Shown here: positions 61,401-64,000 of the stretch, piece after piece
Position numbering within the stretch: the first letter of the stretch is position 1
Layout: each line of letters starts with the position of its first letter
Made by a program: the position numbers and the translations under genes
Source: Rhizaria sp. SCN 62-66
Lineage: Eukaryota
Length of the DNA: 64,000 nucleotides
Reading direction: 5' to 3'
NCBI GenBank assembly: GCA_001724265.1
Contig: MEDY01000042.1
Location: 248,001-312,000, forward strand
Notes under the pieces: generated by a model
What the model saw: the letters and a program-made list of their open reading frames with translations, nothing else
Told to the model about the DNA's origin: nothing
The model's database searches: none

Positions 61401-63999
61401 CAACGGCAGAGGCGACATGAGCGCCCGAGCTAGTTGCGCTGGAAGCAGCAGGTGCAGAAACACTCGGTGGATACAACGCTGTAAAGGCATCAGCTCTGAT
61501 CAGAGCAAGCCCAAGCTCAGTGTGACAGCATAGATCGCCATTTGCAAAGGCAACAGTAGCTGCGGTGGCTGTAAGAGAAGCTTCGACAGCAGCAAGTGCA
61601 GAAGTTGAAAGAGAATGTGGAGTCTCAGCAGTACTCGCTGTGCTACTTACGCTGCTCTCATCATGCTGAGTCGCAGTAGAGCCAGACTTACTCGAACCAC
61701 TCTTGTTATCCAACTTTGGGTCCGCTAAGTAGTAGTCCTCATCTAAGTACTTCTTACCGGGGACAAAATGAGGCTTGCTACCTGAGGCACCTGCCTGTCC
61801 CTGCGCAGGTTTTAGCTGCTGCTGCTGCTTGTGTTGTTTCTCTTGTTCCTTCTGTCGTTGCTTTTGCTTCCGTTCCTGCTTTCGCAGTTCTCGCTGTTGA
61901 CTCGAGAAAATAGAGTGGCTGTCACTGTCACTCTCACTGCCGGTACCGCTGATATTATCACTCTCACGGTCTTTGTCGCTGTCACTGTTGATGTCGCTCC
62001 CGTGTTCACGGGCATTGACTCTGGCACTGACCGAACCGTGACCAATATCTGTGCGAGAACTCCCACGGACCTTGTCTTTACTTGACTTTGCATAATAGCT
62101 ACTGCTTGGGTTGCTGGTATAAGCATGGCCATACGCAGAAACGCGAGGCTGATCCTGATCATTCTTAACGTCACCTCCGGCGTCGCGCTCGTCGTCGCAA
62201 TCGTAAGAGTAGACATGGTTGTCACGATCGTTATCACTATCATCGTCGTCAACACTGTAGCTGCCCCCCCTCGTCGTAGGCGCGTCACCAGCCGTGAGAA
62301 ACAACGAGCGTCCTGGCCCTCCACGCGGGTCCTTAGAGTTGCGGTCACGCTTCGCTTTCGTGGGCGCAGCGTGAAGCCGCGGCAGCTGGCTGTGAGCGAG
62401 CTCCTTGTACCCGGCACCGCGGATCGAGCTGGGTTTGCTACTGCCACTAGAACCGATATATGCGTCGCGCAGATTCTGGTTCCGATGCTGCTGAAAAGAG
62501 TACTGGTTGCCCTCATTCACAGCGCGGTTTCGGCCGGCATCAGCATAAGGAAACTCGCCCTGGACTCGCATCGCGTGAGGCCCGCTGAACTTCGTGAGGC
62601 GAGATACGCTCGCGTTGGAGTCAGCGGCACGACCAACTTGGTCGTCGTTGTCGTCGTTGCTGCGCGCAGATAGAGCGCTGTTATTGAAGCCAAAGAACGA
62701 GTCCCGAACAGTCGACTCGGCAGCGTCACGACGAGTATCGCGTGACGCGGTCGCGGCACTAGCAGGTGTCCAAACGTTGTTTTGGACGTGAATGTGCGCA
62801 AACATGTTTTCGCGTTGCTTATTGATCTCGGTGGCACGGCTACTGCCGTCACGAGGAGCATTACGAGAGCCAGAGCCAGAACCAGGACCATTAATCGCAC
62901 GGTGGTCACCGACGCCAGCAGCAGAGCCGGCAAAACTGGAACTTGTATGATATGCGCGCTCACTCTCATCAAGGGCGTCAAAGGCCCTGAAACTGATGTC
63001 ACGTGAACCGTTATTACCATTGCCAATACCGCGAATGCCCGTATTGTTGGAATCGTTAGGGTTTGTTGCGCCGTGGCGAATCGGCTTGAAGGGGTCATCT
63101 CGACGACGGCTACCGCTTCCAACAGGCCCGTTTGTGAAGTCGAACGTGTCGCGCGCGAGCTCACGCTCACGCTCACTAGTGTTCTTTGCAGACTCATCAT
63201 TGTTATCATGTCGTTCATTGTAATCTGGAGCAGTGAAATCAGGGAGCTTCGCTAGGAGCTCAGTCGTGACTGTCAGCTCACGGTCCCAGCGCAAAGCTTG
63301 GGGCCAACCGTAGAGCCTCTGTGAACGTAAAACTAGAGTGTCAACGACACTCGAGATATCATTAGTGAGACTGTTCTTGATGGCAGGCTTCTCGACTGCC
63401 TTGTTCGCAGCAGTCAGCGCAAGTTGCAAAGAAAACATACGAGTGAGAGACACTGAGAGCGACATCAGGTACCACAGCTGTTCCACAGAAGAGTCAAACA
63501 GAGTCGATACACCACTCGCATAAAGCATGCGACTAAGCTTGAAAAGAGACGGAGCGACCGTAGCGTGAGGGCAACTCACGATAGAGTTCTGCAATTGAGC
63601 AACGAATGTTCCATTGCTGAAGATGCGAGAGTATGTCGCGAAACTATCCTCGGAAGACGATGAAGCGGATGCAGAGCTCAGTGATGAGCTAAAATTGGAT
63701 GATGAGATGACTTGAGCGTGCTGATTAGCAGCTTGGTTATTCCTCATGAGACGCGCTGCTAGCGGTAACGACTCAGTGTCAAAGGCAGATGAGGCGCTGT
63801 TTGTCACATTAGTACCGATGTTATCGCTCTTGTTGAGATTGTTGTTAATGCTGCTAGTGATGTTAGTGTTCGGGACTTTCTTCGAGCTCTTGAGCTCCTC
63901 GAGTAACCGGACAAGGTGCCCATCTTGTTGGGCAATATAGCTGTGACTTTCAGCAGCGGGCAGCAAAGTCAAAGACCTTGACTGAGAGTGAACAACATG
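58474..63999 (-). CDS. Large unknown S/D/N/A-rich protein, >1840 aa (5'-truncated by the window edge)
   Basis: ORF 58474..63972 stays open to the window end. It stops at TAA before an AT-rich spacer convergent with HIRA. No domain recognised. Confidence 0.8.
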   Translation of the reverse strand, partial: HVVHSQSRSLTLLPAAESHSYIAQQDGHLVRLLEELKSSKKVPNTNITSSINNNLNKSDNIGTNVTNSASSAFDTESLPLAARLMRNNQAANQHAQVISSSNFSSSLSSASASSSSEDSFATYSRIFSNGTFVAQLQNSIVSCPHATVAPSLFKLSRMLYASGVSTLFDSSVEQLWYLMSLSVSLTRMFSLQLALTAANKAVEKPAIKNSLTNDISSVVDTLVLRSQRLYGWPQALRWDRELTVTTELLAKLPDFTAPDYNERHDNNDESAKNTSERERELARDTFDFTNGPVGSGSRRRDDPFKPIRHGATNPNDSNNTGIRGIGNGNNGSRDISFRAFDALDESERAYHTSSSFAGSAAGVGDHRAINGPGSGSGSRNAPRDGSSRATEINKQRENMFAHIHVQNNVWTPASAATASRDTRRDAAESTVRDSFFGFNNSALSARSNDDNDDQVGRAADSNASVSRLTKFSGPHAMRVQGEFPYADAGRNRAVNEGNQYSFQQHRNQNLRDAYIGSSGSSKPSSIRGAGYKELAHSQLPRLHAAPTKAKRDRNSKDPRGGPGRSLFLTAGDAPTTRGGSYSVDDDDSDNDRDNHVYSYDCDDERDAGGDVKNDQDQPRVSAYGHAYTSNPSSSYYAKSSKDKVRGSSRTDIGHGSVSARVNAREHGSDINSDSDKDRESDNISGTGSESDSDSHSIFSSQQRELRKQERKQKQRQKEQEKQHKQQQQLKPAQGQAGASGSKPHFVPGKKYLDEDYYLADPKLDNKSGSSKSGSTATQHDESSVSSTASTAETPHSLSTSALAAVEASLTATAATVAFANGDLCCHTELGLALIRADAFTALYPPSVSAPAASSATSSGAHVASAVAVAAVEAVPSAPGSIYKKKPASATTVTSSTVALVATAAPVSRLGDISPAILSTLLDLSAPLDKVKHHRLLSLLSCVHSRLHWQQSQSLPLLRCPHLRADSHVHLITLASHGRSMGGASLLRTHIPVNITFVLPSTLTSTCAGVSLQLKKSFSVLPSTPATLTVNVPITATIGSVLSTAPALAKFFFGVDSLECQNISDDDAHSMKMKSDDSSSSKFADTAAVSVLSDNLPDARTVWGVTAKAALAAVTAAAAILGGNNGKDSSASAGAVSRPAAVPLSMFLLHHKALQQKRQQASDSELDKTWLASAAASVPVWCLLPDLTVLFSSQSQTDLAPTCANASQQKSVHIIISLRAKPNVPSGGAVATNVSAAAVRSALLFSSATAQLHRRRAAALRYLDLPDAPYTLSDYTALLPTPKPVSQLPTANVAGAVAASAVATDATGPLSLQTSALPAAAAVTLPRSKFALEGSGAYISGYQSTYGNQILQPSGAAPGSTGSDENGYSWDYGSSKAVNEAINTALDARLVIEKTTSIRYLNSFSPVNLSDSLLSSQDQVYMQQQRDRQSMSGSLTQRLFVEDNMANNNSFVHANGDSLPLSLNDVNEGYNFTDSQKGPDMDFLNTNNNHNNDSTNSTNGGSPAVFPMNTSSQASQTAMNLSSSSFSQSQTRSRAVKIEPSLFSTSSTVVSDALSAKGRMSALDGFETALRSVTITLSLAALDTISSPHDACVTQSLLSLNLNHGVASVSSGVGQGLIRGLQHVALQSHFLANSFTSLDSHIPLSHVYTRMFGFCPLIVSRYATSAMLRGSNHHVMLTVASNPSSLAPTTVTSDYNNGQSNSTSFEAQLLASCCHHIVPNNTNAGAQGLDTFNDDLSVAEMKLEPVLALTLSEAASALTLAASHYVTDVISNSLSARTNNELTDSLCTLLQEQHMSARGSNTANTIIASEVYADTPASTSKSSRRRIRSMLGDSDRALLNSF

Positions 64000-64000
64000 A

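Noticed and set aside
1-64000. Hundreds of antisense and alternate-frame ORFs of 60-475 aa (e.g. 14509..15936 -, 39931..40827 +, 48622..49851 -)
   Set aside because: They are shadows of GC-rich, GCN/AGC-repetitive true CDSs, have no motifs and lie almost wholly within real genes.

Overview
Gene-dense eukaryotic nuclear DNA with GC-rich exons, short AT-rich spacers and GT-AG introns of about 120-390 nt. A CFAP73/CCDC42-type gene suggests a flagellated protist; the taxon cannot be fixed from sequence alone. I can build 13 protein-coding loci: a 5'-truncated unknown, MAF1, a ~2,940-codon unknown, cathepsin C, PRPF4, a secreted Pro-rich protein, an ATG27/M6PR-like receptor, a KICS2/C12orf66-like protein, an inositol polyphosphate 5-phosphatase, a CFAP73/CCDC42-like protein, a MAP2K-like kinase, HIRA and a second 5'-truncated unknown. 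No tRNA, rRNA, CRISPR or recognisable transposon was seen. Three observations stand out. (1) The reading frame 4727-13558 is interrupted only by two isolated in-frame TAG codons, both followed by CAR, while none of the 13 loci ends in TAG (8 TAA, 5 TGA). This is a candidate for UAG sense reassignment or readthrough. (2) A strand-symmetric DNA motif, T[CG]TAAG(TAC/GG), recurs in clusters inside the coding sequence of unrelated genes. (3) Conserved domains are hugely inflated by low-complexity inserts, including about 1,330 aa inside the kinase domain. All gene identities come from recognising motifs by eye; no database search was run.
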